DNA of 64,000 bases, taken from positions 48,209 through 112,208 of the forward strand of contig JAHELT010000001.1 of NCBI GenBank assembly GCA_024644045.1. The letters are read 5' to 3'. Each line of letters begins with the position of its first letter. Position 1 is the stretch's first letter. The position numbers were made by a program, and so were the translations under genes. The DNA comes from Chromatiales bacterium. Its GTDB lineage: Bacteria > Pseudomonadota > Gammaproteobacteria > JAHELT01. The notes beneath the pieces are model-generated. The model was not told the DNA's origin. It saw only the letters and a list, made by a program, of their open reading frames with translations, and ran no database searches. Shown here in pieces: positions 43,937-54,893 of this stretch.

Positions 43937-44236
43937 TCAGTTGGCAACGTCGCCGGCAGCGCGCTCGCGGGCTTCGATCGCGAGCATTTTTGCTTCGCGT
44001 GCGTGCTCGCGCGCCTTGCTGTAGTCGCCGCGGCGCAGATCGGATTCGGCCGCTTCGAGCAGCGCGCTGGCGCGGGTGACCCCGTGCTGCGAGGCGTCGG
44101 GCGCGCTCGCATCGACCACCTGCCGCGCGGCCTGCAGGGCCTGGCGGGCATCGCTCATTTCCTGAATGGGCGCCGAGGCGCAGCCCCAGAGCAATCCGGC
44201 CCCGAGGAGGTATACGACGGACTTCCGCATGGACAT
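43937..44236 (-). CDS. DUF4398-like small lipoprotein
   Basis: 99-aa product with lipobox LLWGC-A and a helical, Ala/Arg-rich body. Confidence 0.6.
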   Translation of the reverse strand: MSMRKSVVYLLGAGLLWGCASAPIQEMSDARQALQAARQVVDASAPDASQHGVTRASALLEAAESDLRRGDYSKAREHAREAKMLAIEARERAAGDVAN

Positions 44237-44362
44237 AGCTTACAGTATGCTCACGCCCGCTTCTTTGGCCGCCGCACGCTAACACCGAGCAGACGGAAGC
44301 GTCAAGGCGCCCCGGCAAGCCCCGCGCCGAGGCCCTTCGGACCCGTCGGAAGAGGTTTCCTG

Positions 44363-45672
<1,310 letters not shown>

Positions 45673-45697
<25 letters not shown>

Positions 45698-46416
45698 CTG
45701 CCGCGCGCGAGCAGCTTGCGAATGAACGGTACCGTCAACGCACGCTGCTCGGCCAGCGACGCCGCGTCGAGTTCCCCCAGAAACCGGAACAGCTCGCCGG
45801 CAAGCCGCGGGCCGCGGGTGCCGATGTAGGCCACACCGGCATCGCTCAGCGTCAGGCCCAGCGCCGCCGCGCGGTGGCGCAGCGCGCGTTCCAGCCGCGC
45901 GTCGCGAAGCAGCTGCAGCTGCAGCACCGGCCCCCAGCCAAAGCGCGAAGCCAGGTCCGGTAAAGCAGTACGCTCGTACACAGGGTTGCAGCGCGCCGCA
46001 AGAACCAGCCGTGTGTGCTGCTCGCGCAGACGGTTGATCATGGCGAACAGTTCCTGCTCCCAGCGTGCCTGTCCCAGCACGGCGTCGAGCGCGTCAATGC
46101 ACACGCCGGACAGGGCTTCGAGACCGGACAGCACCCGCTCGGGGTCGAGGGCGCGCAGTTCGCTCAAGCACAGGTAAGCAACGCGACCTCCCGTCTCTGC
46201 CTGCGCCTGGCAGTAAGCGTGCATCAGATGCGTCTTGCCGCTGCCGCCAGCGCCGTGCAGCAGAACCTGCTGTTCGCCCTGGGCCGCCGCCATCGCCTGC
46301 AGCAGGCGCGGCGCCAGCTCGTTGCCTTCGGCGTAGAAACTCGCGAACGTGGCCCCCCGGTCGAGCGTGAGCGCCAGGTGCAGCTGGCCGCTTTCGGCGA
46401 TACCCGGGGACACGAC
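45673..46416 (-). CDS. hda: DnaA regulatory inactivator Hda
   Basis: Aligns to E. coli Hda (ATFASFYAEGN...LLHGAGGSGKTHLMHA...). I moved the start to the GTG at ~46416 to match the Hda N-terminus; the boundary is uncertain. Confidence 0.8.
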
Positions 46417-46510
46417 TAACCCGCCGGCCGCCGGCCGCCGCAGGCACGCCGCGCCGGGCACCGGCACTGCCCTGCTCCAGCCGGTCCCGGACCTTGCTGC
46501 AACATGCGGC

Positions 46511-47698
46511 TCAACGCAGGTAGGCGTACTGCAACACCCGGTGCGGGTTCTCGCCGTCGACCGTTTCGCGCAGCGCAACCAGCGTATTGCCCAGCGCGAT
46601 GCTGCGCCGCAGATCCTCGGGATCGCCGCGCAGCTGCACGGCTACCGTCAGGCGGCCGTCGTTAACGCGTTCCACCATTACCTCCTCGACCAGCGACAGG
46701 CCGCGCAGGTAACGGACCACCTGCGTGTAGTCGGCGACGCCGTCTACGTCGTGAATCGTCAGCCGGGTACTGCCGGCATCGCGGCTGAAGTAGGCAACCG
46801 CCAGCTCCCGGGACAGCACACTGCCCACCCCCTCGACGCCGGACAGCAGAACCGGCGTCATTTCCCCGTTCTGTACGCGCCAGCTCGAGGTTCTGCCCCG
46901 CCGGTGCAGGGTCCACTGCGCCTGCCAGTTCCCGTTGACGGTGCGCGTCAGGTTGCCGGCGAGTATGGAGTCGACGCCGTAGCGGCGCGAGGCGCTCCAC
47001 ACCGGTTGCACGAAGTTCCCGCGCAGGTCGGCGAACCGCACGTTCCGGCGGTCGGCTACATCCATTACCGGCAGGATCAGGGGGACGCCGCGCTGCACCG
47101 CCGCCGTCATCAGCACAGCACGCGCTTCAGTGTTGCTGTTGGCAGCCAGCAGGTAGCGCTGCCTGCCATCCTCGACCGCGAGCCAGACCAGCGTCTCCGG
47201 GCGCTCCTTGCTCCACAGTGCGATGCCGAGGCGGCTCAACTGCTTCTTCAGCGTTTCCGGCGCAAATTGGATCCACAGCAGGTGGGTAGGCGCGCCGGGG
47301 TCGGTGCCCGTGTCCACGTTCAGCCCGTCGGCGCCGTCTAGGTCGAAGGTATCGACCTGCCCTGCGCCCGGCGCTGCCTCGCCCGCAGGCCGGGTCTCGA
47401 TCGCCTGGTACCGGTACTGCTGCACGAGCTTGCCGGCCTTACGGAACAGGCCCTGTACCTCCGGGCGGGCGGGCACGGTGCGGTCGCCGGTGACCTTGAC
47501 CAGCACGTCCCATAACGCGGTGGCAAAGGCTTTGCGGCGCTCATCGTCGCTCTGCCCGGCTACCTCGACCTCGGCCTCGAACAGCCGCTGCACCGTGTAG
47601 GCGTGCACCGGCGGGGCGAGCAAAGTGAGCAGCACGGCACAAACGGCGAGCACGGCCATTCGAGCGGGTGCAGTACAGGCGGCGAAGTGGAAGCGCAT
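46511..47698 (-). CDS. DUF2066 secreted protein (PA0946-like)
   Basis: Signal peptide, then YTVQRLFEAEVEVAGQSDDERRKAFATALWDVLVKVTG. It sits in the conserved slot between hda and purM. Confidence 0.75.
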   Translation of the reverse strand: MRFHFAACTAPARMAVLAVCAVLLTLLAPPVHAYTVQRLFEAEVEVAGQSDDERRKAFATALWDVLVKVTGDRTVPARPEVQGLFRKAGKLVQQYRYQAIETRPAGEAAPGAGQVDTFDLDGADGLNVDTGTDPGAPTHLLWIQFAPETLKKQLSRLGIALWSKERPETLVWLAVEDGRQRYLLAANSNTEARAVLMTAAVQRGVPLILPVMDVADRRNVRFADLRGNFVQPVWSASRRYGVDSILAGNLTRTVNGNWQAQWTLHRRGRTSSWRVQNGEMTPVLLSGVEGVGSVLSRELAVAYFSRDAGSTRLTIHDVDGVADYTQVVRYLRGLSLVEEVMVERVNDGRLTVAVQLRGDPEDLRRSIALGNTLVALRETVDGENPHRVLQYAYLR

Positions 47699-47749
47699 GA
47701 TGCGTGTAAAATACCAACTTTACCACCGCGCCTGAAGTGACATCGCCGT

Positions 47750-48799
47750 ATGGATTCCCAGAATCCGCCCCGCCGCCCGCTCACCTATCGCGACGCCGGT
47801 GTCGACATCGATGCTGGCAACGCTTTCGTCGAGCGGATCAAACCGGCCGTGCGCAGCACGCTCACGCCCCATGTGCTCGGCGAGCTCGGGGGATTCGGCG
47901 GCCTGTGCAGGCTGCCCGAAGGGCTGCATGCGCCCGTGTTGGTGGCCGGCACCGACGGCGTAGGCACCAAGTTGATGCTCGCTCAGCGTTTTCAGCGCCA
48001 CACCGGCATCGGCATCGATCTGGTGGCGATGTGCGTTAACGACGTGGTCGTCCAGGGCGCCGCACCGTTGCTGTTTCTCGACTATTACGCCACCAGCCGA
48101 CTGAACGCGGCCGTCGCCGCGGAAGTCGTCGAGGGCATTGCGCAAGGCTGTCGCGAGGCCGGCGCGGCCCTGATTGGTGGGGAAACCGCCGAGATGCCCG
48201 GACTCTATGCTGCCGATGACTACGATCTGGCAGGATTCTGTGTAGGCGTGGTGGAACAGGACAGGCTGATCACCGGCGCGCGCGTGGTGCCAGGCGACCG
48301 CCTCATCGGCCTCGCCTCCAGCGGCGCGCACGCCAACGGCTACTCGCTGGCCCGTGCGGTGCTGGAGCAGGCTTCCCAGGCACCTGAAACGCCGCTCGGC
48401 GATACGACGCTGGCCGACGCGTTGATGATGCCGACGTGCATCTACGTGCGTCCGATGCTGGCGCTGTTCGAGCAGGTCGACGTGCACGCGGTTGCGCATA
48501 TCACCGGCGGCGGTATCGTGGAGAACCTGCCTCGCGTGCTGCCCGAGGGTTGTGCCGCGCGCATCGAGACGGGCAGCTGGCAGCGACCCGCCCTGTTCGA
48601 CTGGCTGCAGACCCACGGCGCGATCACGGACGAAGAGATGTGGCGCACGTTCAACTGCGGCGTGGGCATGATCATCGCGGTCGGGACGCAGGATCTGGAC
48701 ACCGCCCTGGAGGTGCTGCGCGAGCAGCAGCAGCCAGCCTGGGAGATCGGGACAGTCGCTGCGCAGCCGGGCGCGCCCGCCGTCACGCTTCTGCCATGA
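47750..48799 (+). CDS. purM: Phosphoribosylformylglycinamidine cyclo-ligase
   Basis: 349-aa AIR synthase-related protein (GVDIDAGNAFVERIK...VAGTDGVGTKL). Confidence 0.96.
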   Translation: MDSQNPPRRPLTYRDAGVDIDAGNAFVERIKPAVRSTLTPHVLGELGGFGGLCRLPEGLHAPVLVAGTDGVGTKLMLAQRFQRHTGIGIDLVAMCVNDVVVQGAAPLLFLDYYATSRLNAAVAAEVVEGIAQGCREAGAALIGGETAEMPGLYAADDYDLAGFCVGVVEQDRLITGARVVPGDRLIGLASSGAHANGYSLARAVLEQASQAPETPLGDTTLADALMMPTCIYVRPMLALFEQVDVHAVAHITGGGIVENLPRVLPEGCAARIETGSWQRPALFDWLQTHGAITDEEMWRTFNCGVGMIIAVGTQDLDTALEVLREQQQPAWEIGTVAAQPGAPAVTLLP

Positions 48800-49434
48800 C
48801 ACCGCTCCGCGTTGCGGTGCTGATATCCGGCAACGGCAGCAATCTGCAGGCGCTCATCGACGCCGCCGCCGACGGTACCCTGGGCGGCGATATCTGCGTG
48901 GTGGTGAGCAACCGCGCAGAGGCGTTCGGTCTCGAGCGCGCGCGCCAGGCCGGTATTCCGGCGCATGTCATCGAGCACCGTGCGTTTGCCGACCGCGTCG
49001 CGTTCGACCGTGCGCTGCTCGACCTGCTCCAGGGCTATGCGCCCGAGCTGGTCGCGCTGGCAGGGTTCATGCGCGTGCTGGGCAGTGAGTTCGTCGCGCG
49101 CTACGCCGGGCGCATCCTGAACGTGCATCCCTCGCTGCTGCCGGCGTTCCCCGGCCTGGACACGCATGAACGCGCGCTGCACGCGCGTGTCGAAGAGCAT
49201 GGTGCCAGTATCCATTTCGTGACCGAGGCGCTCGACGCCGGTCCGGTGATCGTCCAGGGCAAGGTGACGGTAAGCGATGGCGACACGGCCGAGACGCTCG
49301 CCGAACGCGTGCACGGCGTCGAGCACCGCATTTACCCGGCGGCCGTCGCCTGGTACGCGCAGCAGCGGCTTGTCTGCCGCGACGGCCGCGCCTGGTTTGA
49401 CGGATCGCCGCTCGAGGAGCCGAAAATACTATGA
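48796..49434 (+). CDS. purN: Phosphoribosylglycinamide formyltransferase
   Basis: MTPLRVAVLISGNGSNLQALIDA...SLLPAFPG... The ATG overlaps the purM TGA (ATGA). Confidence 0.95.
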   Translation: MTPLRVAVLISGNGSNLQALIDAAADGTLGGDICVVVSNRAEAFGLERARQAGIPAHVIEHRAFADRVAFDRALLDLLQGYAPELVALAGFMRVLGSEFVARYAGRILNVHPSLLPAFPGLDTHERALHARVEEHGASIHFVTEALDAGPVIVQGKVTVSDGDTAETLAERVHGVEHRIYPAAVAWYAQQRLVCRDGRAWFDGSPLEEPKIL

Positions 49435-50159
49435 ACAAGCTGCCACTGACTGCCGCCGTCGCGCTGTGTGCGTGCCTTGGACTCGCCGGCGTCCCGGCCG
49501 ATGCCGCACCGCCGCCGGAGTTCACCGCCACCTACCGGATCGAGAAAGGCTCGCTGGGCGGACGCATGATCATGACGCTGCGCCGCGACGGGAGACTGTG
49601 GCGGCTGGAGTCGCGGAGCGAGCCAAGCGGCATCCTCAGCATGTTCGACCGCGCCTACATCACCGAGTCCAGCGTGCTCGAAGAGCGCGCCGAGGGCCTG
49701 CGGCCGATCGCCTACCGGTACACCGGCGGCAAGAAACCCAGCAAGCGCGACGTGTCCAGCTACTTCGACTGGAACGACGGCGAGCTCAAGAGCACGCGTG
49801 GTGGCGACACGCTGACGGTCGAATTGCACAACGGCACGTTCGACAACCTGTCGGTGATTCTCGAGGTAGCGGCGAAGCTGCGCAGTGGACCAGTGGATGT
49901 CGAGATACCGATCGCGGCCAAGGGCGAGATCCGCGCGAGCCGGTTCGTGCAAGAAGATGAGGAGACGGTCGAGGTCGAGGCGGGCAGCTTCAAGGCGCTG
50001 CGTGTGCAGGAGTTCCGCGGCGAGCGCAAGCGCACGATCAGCTGGTTTGCACCCGGGCAACACTACCTGCCCGTGCGTATCGACCGGTACCGCAACGGCG
50101 AGCGGGAGGGCGGCATGGAGCTGCTTGCCGTGGAGTGGCTGCCCGCTCCGCAGAATTGA
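49431..50159 (+). CDS. DUF3108 secreted protein (PA0943-like)
   Basis: Signal peptide; conserved position after purN; ATGA overlap with purN. Confidence 0.75.
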   Translation: MNKLPLTAAVALCACLGLAGVPADAAPPPEFTATYRIEKGSLGGRMIMTLRRDGRLWRLESRSEPSGILSMFDRAYITESSVLEERAEGLRPIAYRYTGGKKPSKRDVSSYFDWNDGELKSTRGGDTLTVELHNGTFDNLSVILEVAAKLRSGPVDVEIPIAAKGEIRASRFVQEDEETVEVEAGSFKALRVQEFRGERKRTISWFAPGQHYLPVRIDRYRNGEREGGMELLAVEWLPAPQN

Positions 50160-50193
50160 TCCACCGCATCGTGCCGGTGCGCCCTCCCGGGGG

Positions 50194-50970
50194 TCAGCGC
50201 GGCGCGCCGAACCCGTAGCCTACCTGCAGCTGCAGCCGGTGCTCCGCACCCGGCTGTCCGGGCGGCAGAGAATCGTCCACCGCTACCTGGAGAGCGGCTG
50301 CAAAACGCCAGCGCAGGTGCCTGACCTCCAGGTCCGCGCCCAGCAAGCGCAGGTGTCCGTCGTCCGTCTCGAGGCCGCCGGCATCCTGGTTCGGCCGGTA
50401 GTACTCGGCCTCCAGCGATCCGCCGGCGAACCAGTAGCCGTTGTGCGACGGCAGGTAGCGCCCGGCCGCCAGGCGCAGGCTCCAGATGTCACCGGGCCAG
50501 GTGCCGTCGCGATGCGGCTCGAACTGCTGCAGCGCGATGCCCAGCGTGCCCTGCCACGGCGTTGCCGCGTAGCGCGTATGCAGTGACAGCACCGATCCGG
50601 TGAAGAAGTGTGCATTGCGCTCGAGGTCACCGCTGTTGATCCACGCGCCGGCCGCCGCCGTGCCGCGCAGCCGCGGCGCAATGTCGAAGTAGCGCAGCGC
50701 CAGCAGCTCACCGTGGCGGCGCGCTTCGCTCCAGCGGGTCTCCTGTGCGCTGCCCTCCAGCGGCACGCGAATCCCGGCCCGCCAGGCGTCGCTCACGTCG
50801 GCCTGCAGGCCGACGCCCGGAAAGGCGCGCTGCGAATCGGCGGTTTCCAGCGCCATCGACGCGGCCAGCCAGTCGCCGCCGGGCTGGAGCGCCGCCGCGG
50901 ACAGCGGCAGTGCCGCCGCGCACGGGGAAAAAACTAAACCCAGCGCCGCCAACCACCGATATGCTGACAT
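50194..50970 (-). CDS. Secreted hypothetical protein, possibly an outer-membrane beta-barrel
   Basis: Signal peptide MSAYRWLAALGLVFSPCAAA. It has alternating hydrophobic patterns and an aromatic-rich C-terminus (LQLQVGYGF...). No family assignment is possible. Confidence 0.5.
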   Translation of the reverse strand: MSAYRWLAALGLVFSPCAAALPLSAAALQPGGDWLAASMALETADSQRAFPGVGLQADVSDAWRAGIRVPLEGSAQETRWSEARRHGELLALRYFDIAPRLRGTAAAGAWINSGDLERNAHFFTGSVLSLHTRYAATPWQGTLGIALQQFEPHRDGTWPGDIWSLRLAAGRYLPSHNGYWFAGGSLEAEYYRPNQDAGGLETDDGHLRLLGADLEVRHLRWRFAAALQVAVDDSLPPGQPGAEHRLQLQVGYGFGAPR

Positions 50971-51179
50971 TGAAGCCCCTCGTTGCTGACACGGTTGTTA
51001 ACGGCCACCATGCGCACCCCTTTGAATTCCGCGGACCCGGAAAACGCTTCGCGGCTGCACCGGCGACCCGCCGGGCAGCGGCAGGCACACGCGGGATCGC
51101 CGGGCAGTCGGCAAAATCCCAGGCCAGTTCACAGAACCGGCACCCCCGAGCGGCCCGCAACGATGTATCCTCGCACCCC

Positions 51180-53819
51180 ATGAATGCACGCCTCGCCAGG
51201 CTGGTCTTTTCCGGCATGCTGCTGATCGCGCCGGCGCTGACCGACGCCGCCAGCGCGCCACGCTGGGCAGCGACCGACGGTCCTTACGGCGGAACCGTTC
51301 AGGCGCTGCACACCTTGCCGGACGGCAGCGTGATCGCGGGCACGCTGAATGCAGGTGTGTTCTACCGCCGCTCCCTGGACGGAACCTGGCGGCACGCCGA
51401 CTGGCCGCTGGCCGTGGCCGACGTGCGTGGCTTCGCGCGGTATGAAGAGGCGCTGTACGCGGTCTCCAACGGCGGCGGTATCGCCGTCTCGAGGGACGCG
51501 GGCGCCAGCTGGACACCACTGAATACCCGCCGCTACGAAACCGAGCTCGCGGCGGTCGCGAGCGAAGGCGACTTCATCCTGGTCGGCGCCCGGCGCGGTG
51601 TGCTGCTGCGCAGCTACGATGGCGGTATCAGCTGGCAGCGCGTGCGCATCCGTCAAACGCGCACCGCGATCAGCGCGATCCGCATCATCGGCGATACCGT
51701 CTGGGTAGCCACCAACGGCGGCGGCGTGTTCGTCAGCCACGACCGCGCCCTGAGCTTCCAGCCGCGTCTCGCGGGCTTGCGCAACCGCAATGCCCTGAGC
51801 CTGGCCGAACTGGGCGAAGCTATGATCGTGGGGACGCGCGCCGGCGTGTACCGCTTCTCGGGCGACAGCTGGCAGCAGATCGGCCGGTTTCCGCGGCGTC
51901 TCGCCGTGGTCAGCCTGCTGGTGAGCGGCAAGGACATTTTCGCCGGCACGATAGGCGGCGGCGTGCTGCGCTACGACGATCAGAACGAGGTCTGGCGGGA
52001 GGTTCCCGGGCTCGTCGAAGCCTCGGTCACGGCGTTGGCTCAGCAGCAGGAAACGCTGCTCGCGGGAACCTTCGGCAACGGCATCGTCGCCCTCACAAGC
52101 GAAGGCTGGCGAGTCGACAACCGCGGCCTGACCGGCACCGACGTGCGGGCTGTCGCCACCGATGCACAGTTCATCTACGCCGCGACCGATGCGGGCATGT
52201 TCAAGAGCCCCGACCTGGGCGCGAGTTGGATCGCGCACAACAAGGGCCTGACCGACGCCAGCTTGACGGCGGTTGCTGTTTCCGGCCTGGACCTGTATTC
52301 GGCGACCAGCGGCGGCGGGCTGTTCAAGAGCGTCGACGGCGGCGAACGCTGGGTGGCGCTGGCGCCGCTGCCTGATCAGGTGACGGTGCGTGCACTGGTG
52401 GTGCTCGACCGCTCGGTCTACGCGGCGACCGAACGCGGCGTTTTCGTCAGCGACGACGGCGGCGACGACTGGGAACTGCGTCCGGACTCGCCCAAGCGCA
52501 GCCGCCAGCTGGCCGTGCACGGCAATGTGCTGATCGCGGCGGACGCGGACAGGGCGCTGTTCATCAGCGGCGATCGGGGCGGCAGCTGGCAGCGCATACC
52601 CTGGGATGAGCGCGTTCCGCCGCTGTCGTTCACCGGCGACGGCAAACGTATGTACGCAGTGACCGCCGCAGGTCTGGTACGCAGCATCGACAACGGCGAG
52701 GTCTGGGAGACCCTTACCGGTGCGCCCGCGAACAGCGAAGTCCGCAGCCTTGCGTTCAATCACCCGCACCTGATCGCCGGCACCCGCGGCGGTGGCGTGC
52801 TGATGGCCCAGGACGGCGGCCTCAACTGGCACCGGCATTCACCGCCGCTGGCGGTCAACGACGTTCTGGTCAGCGGAGACGAGCAGTACCTGGCGACCAG
52901 CGCGGGCATCTACAAAAGTATCGACGGCGGTGAGAACTGGGCGCCGGTGAACAACGGATTCAGCGAGCCGGCCGAGACCAACAGGCTGCTGCAGGCCGGC
53001 GAACGCCTGTACGCGGCCACGGCTTCGGGCCTGTTCGCCAGCGTCGATGGCGGCACGCAGTGGTCGCGGCATCCCGAGGTGGACCAGGCCGTGCATACCC
53101 TGGCGCTGGCCGGCAGCGACATCATCGTCGCAGAGCAGCGTGGTGCGCGGCGCAGCAGCGGCGCTCAACCGACCGGCTGGATAACCGCCGAGGGACTGGA
53201 GCAAGCCAGCCTGCTGGCCCTGCAATCAGGCAGTCCGATGCTGGCCGGGACCGTGCAGGGGTTGTTTCAGAGCAATGACGGCGGCCGCCGCTGGACGCAG
53301 GTCGCGCCGCAGACGCTCGCCGGCGTTGCGCACGGCATTGCGCGTAACGACAGCCACACCTTCGTGTTGCTGGATGGCGCGCTGTATGTGGGCGACAACG
53401 ACCTCGGCACCTGGATTGCGGCGGCGATCAGCGACGCGGGGTTCGTGCACGGCGTGGCCACCCGCGCCAACGACGTTTTCGCGGCGGCCGACGGCGGGGT
53501 CTACGAGTCGTCTGACAATGGCCGTACCTGGATCGCGCTGCAGCAGCCCGGCGACCGGCCGATCCACGCCCTGTACTTCAGCGACGAGTATATACTCGCC
53601 GCCGGCGGCGACGGCGTATGGAGCGCCTCGCTGGAGTACGAAAAAGAAGCTCGCGCCGGCACCAGCGCACCGGCGGGCGGATCGTCCGCGCTCTCGGTGT
53701 GGCTGGTGCTCGCCCTCAGCGCTTGTTTGCCAGCGCGCAGACGAACCGGCGGTGACCGATCACGGGGAAGTTCTGACGCGTGCGACGCAGCCGGTCCCGG
53801 TCAAGCTCCGCTACGGTAA
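51180..53819 (+). CDS. Secreted BNR/Asp-box repeat protein (~880 aa, ~13 S-x-D-x-G-x-[ST]-W repeats; probable double beta-propeller)
   Basis: I took the start at the internal ATG (MNARLARLVFSGMLLIAPALTDAASA, signal peptide). Repeats include SRDAGASWT, SYDGGISWQ, SPDLGASWI, SVDGGERWV, SDDGGDDWE, SGDRGGSWQ, SIDNGEVWE, AQDGGLNWH, SIDGGENWA, SVDGGTQWS, SNDGGRRWT and SSDNGRTWI. The C-terminus is PAGGSSALSVWLVLALSACLPARRR plus 24 aa. Confidence 0.75.
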   Translation: MNARLARLVFSGMLLIAPALTDAASAPRWAATDGPYGGTVQALHTLPDGSVIAGTLNAGVFYRRSLDGTWRHADWPLAVADVRGFARYEEALYAVSNGGGIAVSRDAGASWTPLNTRRYETELAAVASEGDFILVGARRGVLLRSYDGGISWQRVRIRQTRTAISAIRIIGDTVWVATNGGGVFVSHDRALSFQPRLAGLRNRNALSLAELGEAMIVGTRAGVYRFSGDSWQQIGRFPRRLAVVSLLVSGKDIFAGTIGGGVLRYDDQNEVWREVPGLVEASVTALAQQQETLLAGTFGNGIVALTSEGWRVDNRGLTGTDVRAVATDAQFIYAATDAGMFKSPDLGASWIAHNKGLTDASLTAVAVSGLDLYSATSGGGLFKSVDGGERWVALAPLPDQVTVRALVVLDRSVYAATERGVFVSDDGGDDWELRPDSPKRSRQLAVHGNVLIAADADRALFISGDRGGSWQRIPWDERVPPLSFTGDGKRMYAVTAAGLVRSIDNGEVWETLTGAPANSEVRSLAFNHPHLIAGTRGGGVLMAQDGGLNWHRHSPPLAVNDVLVSGDEQYLATSAGIYKSIDGGENWAPVNNGFSEPAETNRLLQAGERLYAATASGLFASVDGGTQWSRHPEVDQAVHTLALAGSDIIVAEQRGARRSSGAQPTGWITAEGLEQASLLALQSGSPMLAGTVQGLFQSNDGGRRWTQVAPQTLAGVAHGIARNDSHTFVLLDGALYVGDNDLGTWIAAAISDAGFVHGVATRANDVFAAADGGVYESSDNGRTWIALQQPGDRPIHALYFSDEYILAAGGDGVWSASLEYEKEARAGTSAPAGGSSALSVWLVLALSACLPARRRTGGDRSRGSSDACDAAGPGQAPLR

Positions 53820-54549
53820 CGCCGATGCCGCTCGGCACGCTGCCGATCTGCACCCCCCACGGATCCACTATCATGCTGTGCCCCCAGGTCTCGCGGCCGT
53901 TGATGTGGTAACCACCCTGGGCGGCGGCCACGATGAAGCACAGGTTCTCGATGGCGCGCGCGCGCACCAGCGGCTCCCAGTGCGCCTGCCCGGTGATGCG
54001 CGTGAAGGTGCTCGGCACCACCGCGATTTCCATGCCCTCGGACACCATGTGACGAAACAGCTCGGGAAAGCGCAGATCGTAACCCACCGCCACCCCGACC
54101 CGGCCGAGCGGCGTATCCAGAATCAGCGGCGTGGCGCCCGCTTCGATGATTGCTGATTCGTTGTAACTCTCGCCGGCATCCTCGATGTACACGTCGAACA
54201 GGTGAATCTTGGCGTAGCTGCCGACGCACGTGCCGCTGGAATCGTACACCAGGCAGGTTTCGCGGACGCGCTCCGGTGCCTCCGCCTCCAGTGGCAGCGT
54301 ACCGCCAACCAGCCACACGTCGCGCCGCGCTGCCGCGCTGGAGAGAAACGTCTGAATCGGGCCGTCGCCCGGGGCTTCCCGGGCGTGCAGCTGGTCCCGG
54401 TCGCGCATGCCCATCAGCGCAAAGTTCTCGGGCAGCACGACCAGCTCAGCGCCCTGCCCGACCGCACGCGCAATCAGCCGATCGGCTTCCAGCAGGTTGG
54501 CCTGCACGTTCGGGCCTGAGGCCATCTGCACTGCGGCCACGCGGCTCAT
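53716..54549 (-). CDS. Carbon-nitrogen hydrolase family protein (Nit2/omega-amidase-like)
   Basis: CN-hydrolase catalytic triad context: E in VVLPENF, K in SYAKIHLFD, C in NLCFIVAAAQGG. I took the start at the internal ATG, 54549, which overlaps the upstream stop (ATGA). It lies in the conserved position after yhdP, as with Pseudomonas PA4475. Confidence 0.85.
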   Translation of the reverse strand: MSRVAAVQMASGPNVQANLLEADRLIARAVGQGAELVVLPENFALMGMRDRDQLHAREAPGDGPIQTFLSSAAARRDVWLVGGTLPLEAEAPERVRETCLVYDSSGTCVGSYAKIHLFDVYIEDAGESYNESAIIEAGATPLILDTPLGRVGVAVGYDLRFPELFRHMVSEGMEIAVVPSTFTRITGQAHWEPLVRARAIENLCFIVAAAQGGYHINGRETWGHSMIVDPWGVQIGSVPSGIGVTVAELDRDRLRRTRQNFPVIGHRRFVCALANKR

Positions 54550-54893
54550 GGCTGCCCGCCGCGCTTGTCCAGCAGCAAGCGGATACTGTCCTGGACGCCG
54601 CTGCCGACCACGGTCTCTATGCGCGCCGCGGGTACGCCGAGCGCAACCAGCCAGTCCTGCAGCTCCTGCGCCCACAGCACGCCTTCTTCACCCCCGGGGT
54701 AGCGGATCTCGATCGTTGCATCCTGGTGCTCGTCGAACTCATGCAACAGGTCGCGCAACCCCGGTAGCGCCAGCAACGTCTCGCCGCTGCGCGGGCGCGC
54801 CCAGACTTCGGCGTGAATACGGTACTCGGCCGCGTGCACCCCCGTGGCGAACACGCTCGCGACCAACATCGCCAATCGCACACCACACTTCAT
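54546..54893 (-). CDS. Small secreted protein of unknown function (116 aa)
   Basis: Signal peptide MKCGVRLAMLVASVFATGVHA-AE. ATGA overlaps with the yhdP stop upstream and the CN-hydrolase start downstream. Confidence 0.55.
   Translation of the reverse strand: MKCGVRLAMLVASVFATGVHAAEYRIHAEVWARPRSGETLLALPGLRDLLHEFDEHQDATIEIRYPGGEEGVLWAQELQDWLVALGVPAARIETVVGSGVQDSIRLLLDKRGGQP

Noticed and set aside
50745-51179. 145-aa N-terminal extension of the BNR protein ORF
   Set aside because: The extension is Arg/Pro-rich and overlaps the divergent upstream gene. The internal ATG at 51180 gives a canonical signal peptide, so I take that as the true start.
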